Assembly: GCA_964252035.1 (NCBI GenBank)
Contig: OZ176204.1
DNA: 64,000 nucleotides
From: Podarcis erhardii
Taxonomy: Eukaryota
Reading direction: 5' to 3' (one strand)
How positions within the stretch are numbered: the stretch's first letter is position 1; each line of letters starts with the position of its first letter. Shown here one piece after another: positions 1-13,132 of this stretch. Position numbers and translations under genes: made by a program. The notes below the pieces were generated by a model that saw nothing but the letters and a program-made list of their open reading frames with translations, made no database searches and was not told the origin of the DNA.

Positions 1-712
1 CTGCTGTTGTAGCATACATAAAAAAAGTTCTATCCTTCTTTAACACATTCTGGTCTACAATGCCCAGAAGGAAGGCCTCCGGTTTCTTAGGCAAGGTATA
101 TCTAAATACCTTTTTTAACTCATTATAGATCATTTCCCAAAAGGCCTTCACTTTCGGACATGTCCACCAGAGATGAAAGAACGTCCCTTCCGCCTCTTTA
201 CACTTCCAGCATTTATTATCAGACAGGTGATATATCTTAGCAAGCTTGACTGGGGTCATGTACCACCGGTATATCATTTTCATAATATTTTCTTTCAGGG
301 CACTACATGCCGTGAATTTCAATCCGGTGGTCCATAACCTTTCCCAGTCCTCAAACATAATGTTATGTCCAATATCCTGTGCCCACTTTATCATGGCGGA
401 TTTGACTGTCTCATCCTGTGTATTCCATTTAAGCAGCAAGTTATACATTCTTGAAAGTAATTTGTCTTTAGGTTCTAACAATTCTGTCTCTAATTTCGAT
501 TTTTCCACCTGGAACCCAACCTTTTTGTCTGTTTTGAAAATTTCCCGAATTTGAGCATAATGCAACCAGTCTCGCACCTTACTTTTTACATTTTCAAAAC
601 TCTGCAGCTTCCAATTGTCACCATCTTTTTCAATTAGTTCCCAATATTTTGGCCAGTAGGCCTCCATGTTAAGTCTCTTACGTGCCTTGGCCTCCGCCGG
701 TGAAAGCCACCT
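1..712 (-). mobile_element. L1-clade LINE, 5'-truncated, C-terminal part of ORF2 (continues off the left edge)
   Basis: Manual minus-strand translation gives about 237 stop-free codons (WLSPAEAK...CWKCKEAEGTFFHLWWTCPKVKAFWEMIYNEL...KKPEAFLLGI...YATTA). This includes the CCHC zinc knuckle typical of the L1 ORF2 C-terminus. It is absent from the ORF track because it has no stop inside the window. Confidence 0.88.
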
Positions 713-1277
713 CCCATTACCATAAATTTTAAAAAACTCTGCGGGTGAATAAATGAGAACTAGATAATTAAGCAAGCTTGTTATCACATTTATTACCCCA
801 GTTAGTTTAGCCTACTAGCAGTTCCACAATCAACGAAGGAATATATCTCAAACAAGAAACACAGGTCACAAGGTCAGACTATACATCTATCTAGCACTGT
901 ACAGTATTCTGTACTATGAATGGCAGTTCTCCTGGGTTTGCAGTACAGTGAGGTATTCCATATTAGCTGCACCCTAATCCTTGAAGCTGCTAATGCAAGA
1001 GACTGAACCTGGGCCCTTTAAAAAAACAAAAAACCCCAAAACACTTAATTACTGAAGTAATGAGCTATGTCTCTCCCCAAACACTTACAATACTATTAAC
1101 TGAATCTAGGGCCACTAAAAACCCCTGGGTGTGTACTAGCCCTTAGGTCAACAAAATCCCAAACCTTTCTCTTTTGAGGTTTCCCATAGTTTTGGAATCT
1201 TGTGGGTAAGAAAAACTTAGAAGGAACACAGCTGTTACAGGAAGAGAACCAATAAACCCTGCTGTGTAAATCCAGTA

Positions 1278-1681
1278 CAGTGGGATTGCAACTTATGCAA
1301 GGGTTATGTTCCAGAGGATAGTGTATAAAGCCAAAATTGTTTTAACTTTGGAATTGCCCCCATGTGACCATCCCTACCTTTCCAAAGCCAGTGTGTCAAG
1401 CAGGCCTTGGCCTCTGCCCCAACACACATGGTGGAGAGCTTTTAAGCTTTTTGTCTTGCTTACTGGGCTCTGGAAGGCTCTCACAAGATCTCATGGGATC
1501 CTCCCAGAGTTAGAGCCTGGTAAGCAAGATTGAGAGCTTAAAAGTGCTTTCCACACCAGGAAAGAGCTTTTAAGCTCTGCGCCTTGCATGTGTTTAACTT
1601 CTGTGATATCAGCTGGTCAGCTGCCAAGCACATAAAGCTGGAATCATGCAAGTTAAATGTGTGCGCGTTGCAAGGCGACTG
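1278..1681. mobile_element. Degenerate TcMar/Tigger-like MITE
   Basis: Flanked by TA (1276-77 and 1682-83). Imperfect TIRs CAGTGGGATTGCAAC / GTTGCAAGGCGACTG. Shares internal motifs (TAAAGCCAAAAT, AAGTTAAATG) with the element at 52467. Confidence 0.55.
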
Positions 1682-3447
1682 TATTTATACACAACTCTTT
1701 GTCCACATATTTACTGCTCCCATAAACAGGCGCAAGTGCTGCTGAAGGCAAGAGAGCTACATCAATTCATATGACATTTATGTGCTTTAACAGATGATTC
1801 ACCTTTCTCGTTTTTCAAGAATTAGAATTTCATTAATGCCACTTGAATTGTCTCACAATCACGGGGCAAATATGATATGCTCATCACTGCACACTTTGGC
1901 CAAAACTCAAAAACAGGCAATGCAGGACCATGGGAAATTGGAAACTCACCAAGGCTATTCCCACCAAGCACAGCCTCGCCCTGCTCTTGTGCAGCAGCTC
2001 ACTTGTGGACATGTCATTCCAGAAAAACAAAGGGAAGCTTTTCTAGGAGGGAAAGTCTTAGCAAGTTAGATTCAGTTCTCAGGCCCTACGTCCTCGGCCC
2101 AAACTGTCAAAACTGCTGTAACTCATCAAAAATAGCACGGTCCCATCAAGAGGTAGCTCCAGTTATGTGAAAAGCATGTGAACACATTCACCTTCACTCT
2201 ACAATTATGCTGGTATGCTGAGAAATGAGAAAAAGAAGGGCTGTCAGTCTGTTGGGGATTACTACCTCATGTAAGGTAAGAACTTGAAAGCTGACTTGGT
2301 GGACACACCAGAAGACATGGAACCTAAAAAGCCAGGGAGCCCAGAAGCAAAGTAGCTTAATGGGTGAGAATAGGGTTGACAGTGAGCAGCAGTCTCCCAC
2401 CCACAGGCCCCCTTGGCTCACAAGGCCATTTTCCCCAATCCACGCCCACCTGAACCATCCCTGATGACATATGTGATATCAGGTGATTGGCAGGTAAAGA
2501 CTTAGTTACAAAGGAACGATCAGGAGCTTAAAGTGCAAGACCTGCTGCCAGGACCCTACAGCTGCCAGGACCCTACTTGCTGCCAGAAAGCCCCACTGAG
2601 ATCAGCTGAACTAACTCCCTAGTACACTCAATGAGACTCATTCTGTTGGTGCTTAGAGTGAGCCCTTTGAAGACCTGCTGTTAACACCAATCAGTTTATC
2701 AGCACTAAGAGTGAGACCTTTTGAGATTGCCCCATCCACCAGTCATGGCTTGCCCAACATCTGGCCTGCTGCTTGGATCCAGTGCCTCGCCCATGAGATA
2801 TAGGAACTTAATCCATGGGCAATTTTAAAAAAACTGAGACTAGAGGAAAAGACCCTGGCATTGAGGGCTAGGGACCTAAGGGGTTCAGGGTTGCCTTTCA
2901 AGACTCTGGACCTTTCTTGGTCTTTATGAGTTGCATATAAAGAAGAATTCTGCAAGGAACAGTGTAATTTGGAAAAGCTAAGCAGGCAGTGGGGTGGTAT
3001 AATATGCTGAATTTCACATATTGATTTGAACTAGCCAGCTACAGACTTCGTTTCACAATATTAAGAGCTATAAAAATAAGGAATTATTGGAGGGTTAACT
3101 TTATTACCCCTTTTAATTAATGTTAGTTGATCTAAGAGTCCCAGGGCTAAACAACAGGGTAAGAACTCTGCTGAGTAGTGAGATGTTTGCACCCCAAATC
3201 AACTTATTGAAAATCCCCCAAACTCTCCAAGTAGTCTAGCTTAATACTATAAGTGTAATGGCTGCACAGCCCCCCTCCCCTTCTGCAAAGAAGAAATAAA
3301 AACAACTTTAGGTGGAGGTTCCCAGTGGAGGCCCATCAGGCCTCTGCAGAGGAAATGATGTTCCGTGATCACCACTGCTCTTATGAATAATTTCCTGCCA
3401 CAGAATAAGCTCACTGGGCCTATCTCCTCTCTGCTGGAGCCCTCCAT

Positions 3448-6400
3448 CAATAATAATAATAATAATAATAATAATTTATTATTTGTACCCCGCCCATCTG
3501 GCTGGGTTTCCCCAGCCACTCTGGGCGGCTTCCATAAAAACCAGAAATACACTAAAATATCACAGATTAAAAACTTCCCTGAACAGGGCTGCCTTAAGAT
3601 GTCTTCTGAATGTCATGTAGTTATTTATCGCTTTGACATCTGATGGGAGGGCGTTCCACTAGGCGGGTGCCACTACCGAGAAGGCCCTCTGCCTGGTTCC
3701 CTGTAGCTTTGCTTCTCGTAATGAGGGAACCGCCAGAAGGCCCTCGGCGCTGGACCTCAGCGTCCGGGCAGAACGATGGGGGTGGAGACGCTCCTTCAGG
3801 TATACTGGGCCGAGGCCATTTAGGGCTTTAAAGGTCAACACCAGCACTTTGAATTGTGCTCAGAAACGTACTGGGAGCCAATGTAGGTCTTTCAAGACCG
3901 GTGTTATGTGGTCTCGGCGGCTGCCCCCCGTCACCAGTCTAGCTGCCGCATTCTGGATTAGTTGTAGTTTCCGAGTCACCTTCAAAGGTAGCCCCACGTA
4001 GAGCGCATTGCAGTAGTCCAAGCGGGAGATAACTAGAGCATGCACCACTCTGGCGAGACAGTCCGCGGGCAGGTAGGGTCTCAGCCTGCGTACCAGGTGG
4101 AGTTGGTAGACAGCTGCCCTGGATACAGAATTGACCTGCGCCTCCATGGACAGCTGTGAGTCCAAAATGACTCCCAGGCTGCGCACCTGGTCCTTCAGGG
4201 GCACAGTTACCCCATTCAGGACCAGGAAGTCCTCCACACCAGCCCGCCCCCTGTCCCCCAAAAACAGTACTTCTGTCTTGTCAGGATTCAACCTCAATCC
4301 ATTAGCCGCCATCCATCCTCCAACCGCCTCCAGGCACTCACACAGGACCTTCACCGCCTTCACTGGTTCTGATTTGAAAGAGAGGTAGAGCTGGGTATCA
4401 TCTGCATATTGATGGACACCCAGTCCAAACCCCCTGATGATCTCTCCCAGCGGCTTCATATAGATGTTAAAAAGGATGGGGGAGAGGACGGAACCCTGAG
4501 GCACCCCACAAGTGAGGGCCCAGGGGTCTGAACACTCATCCCCCACCACCACTTTCTGAACACGGCCCAGGAGGAAGGAGCGAAACCACTGTATAACAGT
4601 GCCCCCAGCTCCCAGCCCCTCTAGACGGTCCAGAAGGATGTTATGGTCGATTGTATCAAAGGCCGCTGAGAGATCCAGCAGAACTAGGAAACAACTCTCA
4701 CCTTTGTCCCTAGCTCGCCGGAGATCATCAACCAGCGCGACCAAGGCAGTTTCAGTCCCATGATGAGGCCTGAATCCCGATTGGAAGGGATCCAAATGGT
4801 CCGCATCCTCCAGGCGTGCCTGGAGTTGTTCAGCAACCACGCGCTCAATCACCTTGCCCAAGAATGGAAGATTTGAGACTGGGCGATAGTTGGCCATACT
4901 GGCCGGGTCTAAAGATGTTTTTTTAAGAAGCGGTTTGATGACCGCCTCTTTCAGCGGATCTGGGAATGCTCCCTCACAGAGGGAAGCATTCACCACCCCG
5001 CAGAGCCCATCGCCCAGCCCTTCCCGGCTTGCTTTTATTAGCCAGGATGGGCAAGGATCCAGGAGACAGGTGGTTGGTTTCACGCGTCCAAGCAGCCTGT
5101 CCACATCCTCGGGGGTAATGGATTGAAATCGATTCCATGCAACTTGACCAGACAGAGCTCTAGCACTCTCCCGCCCCAGCCCTGCTCCCACGGTGGTGTC
5201 TAGCTCCTTCCGAATATGAGTGATTTTATCTGCAAAAAACTTTGCAAAATCGTTGCAGGAGATCTTGGGGTCTTTACAAAGCCCCGGTGGTAAAGGTGGT
5301 TCCGTTAAATTACGAACCACCTGAAAAAGTCTCCTGCTACTATTTTCTGCAGATGCAATAGAGGCGGTGAAGAAAGTCTTCTTCGCCGTCGCTATCGCCA
5401 CTTGGTAGGCTCGACGTTGAGCTCTAACCTGTGTCCGGTCAGATTCGGAGTGAGTTTTTTGCCACTGACGCTCTAGCCGTCTCAGCGATTGTTTCATCGC
5501 CCTCAGCTCCGAAGAAAACCACAGAGCTGTCCGGGCTCCATGCAATCGGAGAGGGCGCTTCGGAGCCAGACAGTCGATAGCCCTGGTTAACTCCGCATTC
5601 CAGCGGGCCACCAGGGAATCAGCTGAAAGGCCATCAACATGGGATAAGGCATCCCCTACCACTCTCTGGAAACCATTTGGATCCATTAAGTGGCAGGGGC
5701 GGACCATCCGAATTGGTCCCACCTCCCTGCAGAGGGGAAGGGTCGCGGAGAAGTCCAGTTGCACCAGGAAGTGATCTGACCATGGCACTTCTTTTGTTTC
5801 ACTTTTACTTAGTGTCAGATCACCCACGTCACTAGAGGTGAACACCAGGTCTAAGGCATGTCCATGACTATGAGTTGGGCCAAACTTATTCAGGGACAGC
5901 CCCATGGAGGCCATGCTTTCCACGAAGTCCCGAGCAGCCCCTTGTAAGGTCGTGTCGGCATGGATGTTAAAATCCCCTAGGACAACCAAACTAGGTGTCT
6001 CCAGGAGAAAATCCGCCACGACCTGAAGCAGCTCAGACAGGGAATCCTTGGTGCAGCGGGGAGGTCGGTACACCAAAAGGAATCCTGTACTGCCCCTATT
6101 GCCCAACTTCCAGAACATGCACTCAGAAAACTGGATCTTCCCAGTAGGACGCCTGGTGCAAGCTAGTGACTTCCTAAAAATCACTGCAACCCCCCCTCCC
6201 CGCCCACATGACCTGGGTTGCTGTGCGTAAGAGAAACCTGGTGGGCAAGCAGCGGCAAGGACAGGCCCATCTGCTTCCTCCAACCAGGTCTCTGTCACAC
6301 ATGCCAGGTCAAGTCCTCCATTCACAATCAGGTCGTGGATGGCAGTGGTTTTATTCATCATTGACCTGGCATTACACAGCAACACCTTCAGGTCATGTAG

Positions 6401-6990
6401 GTTTCCCCTGTTGATTCCAGTATCCATCCGGTCAAGGCCAGACCCGGAGGCAGGGATAGTCTTCAAACAACGACTAAACCTGCCTCCTCGGTAATGACAT
6501 GGTCTGGTCTTAGCGTAACTCCGCCTCCTGCCCATGATCACCGAGATCGGATGTCCCAGTGCTTCCCCCCCTGTGGAACCTGTCCCAGCCATCGTGAAGG
6601 CTGGGGCCCCACTCCCAGGCAGCCCTGATCTAGCCCCTTCAAAACCAAACACAAACTATACAGAACCAATAAAACAACAACAACAACAAAAAGGAACAGA
6701 ACAATTATACTAAAATTAATCCCCAACCAAATATCCATCCCACCCACCCCCAACAATGGAAAAAAAGAAATAAAAATTTAAATTGCCACCGACTGCTTGA
6801 GGACATTTTAAAGCACATTAACCCCCTGGAACAGGGAAGCAATGGCAGAACACTTCCCACCCTTCCCAAGAGTTTGTTCCAAAAGTTTGTTCCTGGGCCA
6901 CGCCCCCTGGGCCAGTTGGAAAAGGCCCTGGAAGGGAGCAGGCCCTGCAGTTCTCACCCAGCCGATGGTCAATCGCCACTTCTCCTAAAA
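3448..6990 (-). mobile_element. Apparently full-length L2-clade LINE (single APE-RT ORF) in PID1 intron 2, sense to PID1
   Basis: (ATT)n tail at about 3448-3475, GC-rich 3' stem-loop at about 3488-3530, and a 3.1-kb ORF. The 5' boundary near 6990 is an estimate and no TSD was found. Confidence 0.9.
3560..6652 (-). pseudogene. L2 ORF (AP endonuclease + reverse transcriptase) with two premature in-frame stops
   Basis: EN motifs (NARS, ETWL, GDFN, SDH) and RT motifs (QSGFR, GVPQGSVLSP, YADD) are intact. Stops TGA 3860-62 and TAG 3659-61 are in frame. The frame continues WNALPSDVKAINNYMTFRRHLKAALFREVFNL to a TGA at 3560-62. The ORF-track start is GTG (6652) and the first ATG is at 6592. Confidence 0.9.
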
Positions 6991-7484
6991 GATAAGGCTG
7001 TTTTTTCCTAGGGAAAGCAATAGACTGTGGTATACGGAAGGTTGGATGTGAACAGAATTAAGACACTATGCCCACCTTGAGTCTGTGTACTGCAGTTCAA
7101 ACAGGGTTGATCCCATAACTGAGTGGCCCTGCACTGGATGTTTGCCCCCATCCTTAATGGAAACTTTTTTTTTTTAATGTTGGAATTCAAAGATGCATAT
7201 AAACCTGCAATGCTTATCTACAGCAGGGATTTCCCTTCCTTTTCTCCCCTCATGTGCCCCCCCCCAAACTGGTTTGAGTGGGGATTAGGAGAACCTGCAG
7301 AATAGTACATGGGGCAAGGAAGGGAGATCATTCTGTCTAGCAAGCTGTTATGCTTGTGCAGATGGAACATTTGTAATAGTGTGATGTTGAATTCCACCCT
7401 ATGGAACTAATTTCAGCTGTTCCCATTTCAAGAGTTTCAATTCTAGTATGAGTTACTAGCAACTGTAATCAGCTGCTGATTACT

Positions 7485-7560
7485 CACTCTCAGACTTGCC
7501 TTGGTCCAAAATCATTCCCATTCTCATCTGTAAAATGAAGAGTATCAATGCACCTTATAT
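7485..7560 (+). mobile_element. Old CORE/MIR-like SINE remnant
   Basis: Contains CTCATCTGTAAAATG, the hallmark of the CORE-SINE core. Short and degenerate. Confidence 0.4.
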
Positions 7561-10518
7561 AATATATAACACCATTTTTTTGGGGGGGGGGGAAGCATTT
7601 CATTCAGTTGTAACAGAAAGAATAATACATATACACTATTTTATTTTATTTTATTTTATTTCACAAGGGGTTCTTAATATGTTAGATGTGATTCAAGAGT
7701 TAGAAATAAAGAGCTCTTCCATCTACTGAAGCCAATTCAAGTCAAAGATCCAGTGTCTGCACTAATTATCACAAAGAGCCAACTGGCTGTTGGATAGACA
7801 AGTAACCATAGCAACCCAGCCTAGATATCACTCATACAAATTACACCAGAGACGCTTCTAGTGGATCCATCCTGAAGCCAAAGTGGTCACATAAAGGTGA
7901 GGACATTTTTCAAGGACGTTTCATAGCAAGCCGATTGGCAATGACAGCAGAATCTGCTCACAGTAACCACCACAATAAATTTCAATTTTGCTTTATCATA
8001 GTGTCATGAGGTATCCAGTGAACCCTGTTTATTGTATCTATAGAACTGATTATCTCTACTAATAGAACTGCCCAGTATGTGCTGCACACAAAGAGATGGA
8101 AAAACTGAGAAATTTTATATCATGTGTTGTGTGAATAGTTGCACAAAAGTCTTTAAAGCTGTGAATCCCTAACAGTCCATGTAAACAAGGGAAACATTGT
8201 TTTCATTTACCAAGTAGCTGGCATAAAAGTGATTTCAACTGTTCAGATTAGAAAAGTTGTGTGTGTCTATATGTGTATGTATGCACAAGTTGCTGTTTTA
8301 ATCCCTGCATTTTAAACAGAATATTCAAAACATTATATGATAGTAATTTATTTGGGTATTTGTATACTACAATTTCAGCCCCCTCAACGTGGTTCAGTTT
8401 TATTAAACTGTCCTGGGTTTACACTGAAAATCATATTAAAGTGCAAGACATTAAAGACCTCTGTTGTGAAGAAGTTGGTCTGTATAGATACATTTTAACG
8501 CTCAAATACATTCCTTCTAAGTATAGAATAGACAATCAGCGGAAGTGGTCAACATAATGGTTGAACCACAGTTCCTATCATCTTTGATTGAATCTTATAA
8601 CGCCTGGAGGACACCATGTTGGCTACCCTTAATCTATGGTGTCTAATATCCTTGCATCACATACCACTTGGTATAATCAAATTTTGCAGGATGTAACACA
8701 CCACACTCAGTAAGGTTAATGATGCAGAACTCAAATATGGGGTCTGTCAATCGGGGCCTGACCTATCATTATGTAAAGTGATGCAACCACCAAAAGCAGC
8801 CAATTCTGGATGGTGGCAGCTAGTCCTCTGGCTGTTCCTCTTGGCCATGCCCTTCTGCTGGAGGGTACAACTGTATGTGTCATGCACTTCAATAAAATAG
8901 CTTGCTGCCCTCAGGTGCAGTGAAGAGCACTGTTCTGTTGGCTATACTGAAATAAATTTCAGCAACCAGTCCACTCATCTTCTCTACATGGACCATCTTG
9001 TCCTCTACTTCAGGCAGCTAAATGTCATGGGCTGACCCTGGCTCTCAGAGCATGAGATCAGGTTCAGATCCCCACATGCAAATGAGACCCTGCAAATGAA
9101 AGTGGAGCAAGTAACAATGTTGGACCTAAATGTACAATGCGAAACTCAGTTCTTAGCATATATTTTTCTTCTTGTAGTGATTATATTGCAACACGTTTAA
9201 GATCTGGGTTACCAAATCCCTTCACACAAATATACCAGAACTCTACATCAGGTCGCACCCAGTTGTTGAAACAGTAATGTTGGATTACAAGAGAAACAGA
9301 ATCTCTCTGGATTATGGAGGACACTGTAAGGATAAACTGGCTCTAAATTCCCTTTACTATGATGCTGACAACATACCAGGAACATCAATATACCTGAATA
9401 TCAGCCACAACAATGTCACCTGGCTACTAAATTACTTAATACCCTTGGGCCACTCACTATTTCACATTTGCAAAGGAACTTTGGAAGTTCCTTTCTTCCT
9501 AACTTCAATTGCTGCTCCCATGAAGCAAAATGCTCCTGTATTCAAACCATCTAGCCATTTGCATTTACAGTGATTGAAAACATTTTACCAATATATATTT
9601 AGTTCGAAAGTTATAGATTTGGTTTTCCTTCTGTAGCTGTTGGAATGACAGTCTGTTGCACAAAAAGAACAGCACTGAATTATCAGCAACTGCAGACTAA
9701 AGGGCTAACCTGCTGTAAAGATGCATGTATAATAGTACATATTGATGTATGGTGTATATGCAGCCTTATACGCACACTGTGGTCTCCTTACTATGAATTC
9801 AGCTGGCTCAGTTAAACTTTTCCAACACTGTAGTTCAGTACTGAAAAGCTGAGATTTCTTCCCTGAAGACTAATTATCTTATCATGATGTCCTAATCCAA
9901 TAATGTTCTCCTCTTTTCATTCTTATTGCATGTATCTATTTTTGCATCCATTCACAGAACAAGCTTCTTTTGGTTTCACGGATCATCCTAAGCATGAAAT
10001 AAGTAAATCGGCATATGACACAGCTCTCTCCAAGATTTGGAGATGATAAACTAGCTATTCTGTTGAGTGAGACATGGATGCTTGTTGACTTGGCAGCTGC
10101 TCTGCATTCAATAATTCATTTTCATTTCAGGACAATCACATATGTATTGTTCATTCCAATTTTTGGAGACTATTAGCTTTTCTAAAGCTATGTAGACACA
10201 GATATACCGGTCTCCTGTCTCCATGACATGACTGAAAATGTCTTCCCATTTCTCAACACCATTGATGCCAGCTTGACATATGATTACAGTGCACATCATT
10301 TGAAGTGTAGGTGGGATACATAACAGTATTCACCCTTATACTCATGCCATCATGGTACACATCACTGTGTGTTCCACAGCCAAACTATTTGACCTAATTT
10401 CTCCACTTAGCTGGATCCAGGGAGTTTCTGCCTCTAACCTTTCACTTGCCTTTTTCATTCCTTTTGCTATTCTTCAGGTGACCAAATATCATTGTGTTGA
10501 GGACTGCTGATATAGTTC

Positions 10519-10652
10519 CAGGGTAACTGACATGGTGCCCTTCATATATTGGACTACAATTCCCATCAGTCCCAGCCAGTGAGGCTAACTGACGTGGATG
10601 ATGGTAGTATTAATCCAAAAATATCTGGAGGGCACCATGTTGACTACATCTG
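10519..10652. mobile_element. ~135-bp palindromic hAT-like MITE (degenerate copy)
   Basis: Inverted arms CAGGGTAACTGACATGGTGCCCTTCA...GGACTACAATTCCCATC versus GATGGTAGT...CTGGAGGGCACCATGTTGACTACATCTG. Same family as 45771-45906. Confidence 0.65.
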
Positions 10653-12689
10653 AAGTGGTCAGGTACCTCTTCTTACCAGGACTTTGCAATCACTATCTGT
10701 GCAAAGGTCTTATGGTTAAGGAAGGAATCACTGGCGAACAGTGAGTATCCACATTCCGCTTGCATTCTTTGTAAGCACTTAATACCATTCGTGTTCTTCT
10801 TAATCTGCTTGGATATGCTACTGTATAAAAGCTTTTTCTGTATTATAAACTGTTGGAATTTTGCAATAGCTCATCTTCTGAAATCCATACCTCCCTTCAC
10901 ATCCTTGTTAAAGCAATATTATTCATGGCAAAGCTAAGGCAATGTTTGGAACAAGTCTATTATGCAGGCTGAAATTGTGCAGCTAGGCCAAAGGCACATT
11001 CTGTTGGGTATCTCCCTATGATGAGCCTGTCCTTAAAACAGTTTGGGGATTTCAAGGTGTCTGCAAATTTCTCTTTTAGCACACACAAACATCGAAAGAG
11101 GAAGCCAAGCAATGCAATTTGGGAATAAGGAACTGTGTCAATTGGTGAAATGAATTCAGCAACATTTAATCAAGAGAAATGAGATGGCAAGAGGAAATTA
11201 TGGATTCATTACCAACATTTATTTCATTCATACATTGCCTTTCTTTGAAAGAAGTCAAGGTTGCGTGGATATAATTCTCACATCCAGGCACTAAACCAGT
11301 TTAGACCTGCTTACGTTTAGCAAAACTGCTGCATCATCTTCCTTTAAACCACTCCATTTGAGAATTTGGGCCTTGTTTGTTTAGGAATCTGCATTTACCC
11401 TTTTTGAAAAGGGAAGTGGTTGTGGTCAGCTTACCGCCATACCACTTACCAACTTGGCAAAGAACCTTGAAAGAATTTGCTAGCTGCTTTCCATATTTTG
11501 TGAAATGCAGCTGTACTGGCGAGAATGGGTTGCTACCGCACAATAGTCACAAAAGGAAGTGGCTTTAGCAATGCATGCATCAGCTAACCAACTGTGGCTG
11601 AAACAGACAAGGTCAGCTATGAATGTCAAATGATTGCGTTGGCAGTTTTACCATGTGAGGATGTGTAATTAAAGGAGAAGTCTTGAGATGGTAAGAACTT
11701 GAGATATTGAGTAAACACGCAAACACAGTAATGTATTAATGCAACTGCCTGGTCCAAGTGAATGTGGATATAGTTCACAACAAGACTGTACTTGATTCGA
11801 GGAAGTCAAGCTCCATATAAAGTGGAGTGTTCCATGTGCAGTGATTAATTCATTTTATTTATAATGTGGGATGGATTTTCTTAAAAGCTATGACACAATG
11901 TAAATCCTAAGCAATGTAGATATGTAAGTACAGCTAAAGGTACACTCTGGGTTCAGAGTTAACTTCTTCTGTAGGCACAGAATATGTTCAATTTTTTTTA
12001 ACTCATGCTTTTTTTGCTGCTAGCAATTAAAGTAATGGTTGGGTGTCTTTTTGCCCCCTCCAAGGGTAACATTGTAATTCCTGCTACAGAAATAATATTC
12101 CACATCCAAAACTTCAATTGTAATAATGGTAAAATAAGCTGCTTCCCAAAATTAGTTAACATGACATGTCGAGCTGAGAGGAAATAAAAACTTGAAGTTT
12201 GCAATCTTCCAATTTAAGAAGACGCACCACCATACAATTGCAAGTGCCATTTTGCAAACTATATGCTAGAGTGATTGTCACCTGAACCATGCAAGCACCA
12301 TTCATCATAAGCTTAAGACAGAAGGGTCAGTCCAAGTTAAATGAAGATGTCAGGCAGTGTGGTAGAAACAAGACAAACAACACTTGCTTTTCAAAAAGCA
12401 CGACTAAACATCTGACTGAAATAAGAACTGACTCTGATCACTGACTGTACTGAACTGGTTTCACGTTGAAGAATTTAAGAAAAGTATTAAACTTGCGACA
12501 CAACCCCACAAGTTACAGGCAACCTTTTTAACCTCTGTCATTTTGCATTTGAGTAATGAGTGGTTTGAAATAACAATTCACAAGAATCATTCCTACAAGT
12601 TCCTGACTTCAGAGAGGGGAAGGGGAGAAAGCATGATATCTTGATTTCTGTTCGAACTGTGGGGAAATGGCAAAGTACTTACTTGTCTT

Positions 12690-12795
12690 ATTTGCAATGC
12701 ACCCTTCACTGAGGAGCTTATGGCGGCATACTTGGGGCTGTTTTCACCCTCACAACCACTGTGGAAGTAGGTTAGCTTGAAAGACTATAACCTGT
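12690..12795 (-). mobile_element. 3' half of a Squam3/CORE-like SINE
   Basis: The reverse complement resembles the 3' half of the SINE at 24747 (CTAACCTAC..CACAG.GGTTGTGAGG...AAGCTCC). Degenerate. Confidence 0.45.
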
Positions 12796-12861
12796 ATAAG
12801 CCTACACAATGTACTCAGATCAGCAATTTCAAGACAAACATTCACTATAGTAGTGTCTTTA

Positions 12862-12972
12862 AGCTTGGGTTTCCAGATATTGTTGGACAACAACTCCCAT
12901 AATCCCCAGCCACTGGCTAAGCTGACTGAGGATGATAGGAGTAGTAACGCAACAACATCTGGGAATTCAAGC
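12862..12972. mobile_element. Palindromic MITE of the GGACTACAACTCCCA family
   Basis: AAGCTTGGGTTTCCAGATATTGTTGGACAACAACTCCCAT ... GGAGTAGTAACGCAACAACATCTGGGAATTCAAGCTT form inverted arms. Confidence 0.6.
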
Positions 12973-13034
12973 TTGAAGAAGCCTGCTCTGAAGCAAAGGA
13001 AATTAAATGTAGTGCCATCAATATGTTTTCTAGA

Positions 13035-13132
13035 TTCTAGATCCCATCAGGCCCAGCCAGCATGATGAATGATCAAGGAAAATGGGAGCAGGAGTCCAAC
13101 GATATATGAAGGGTAACACATTGACTTTCCCT
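13035..13132. mobile_element. Partial copy of the same palindromic MITE family
   Basis: CCCATCAGGCCCAGCCAGCATG...ATGGGAGCAGGAGTCCAACGATATATGAAGGG...TTGACTTTCCCTG matches the right arm of the 10519 copy. Confidence 0.5.

Noticed and set aside
3659-3862. Programmed stop-codon readthrough in the L2 ORF
   Set aside because: The sister copy has CAA and GTG at the two positions, so these are copy-specific mutations (CpG decay for the first), not a family feature.
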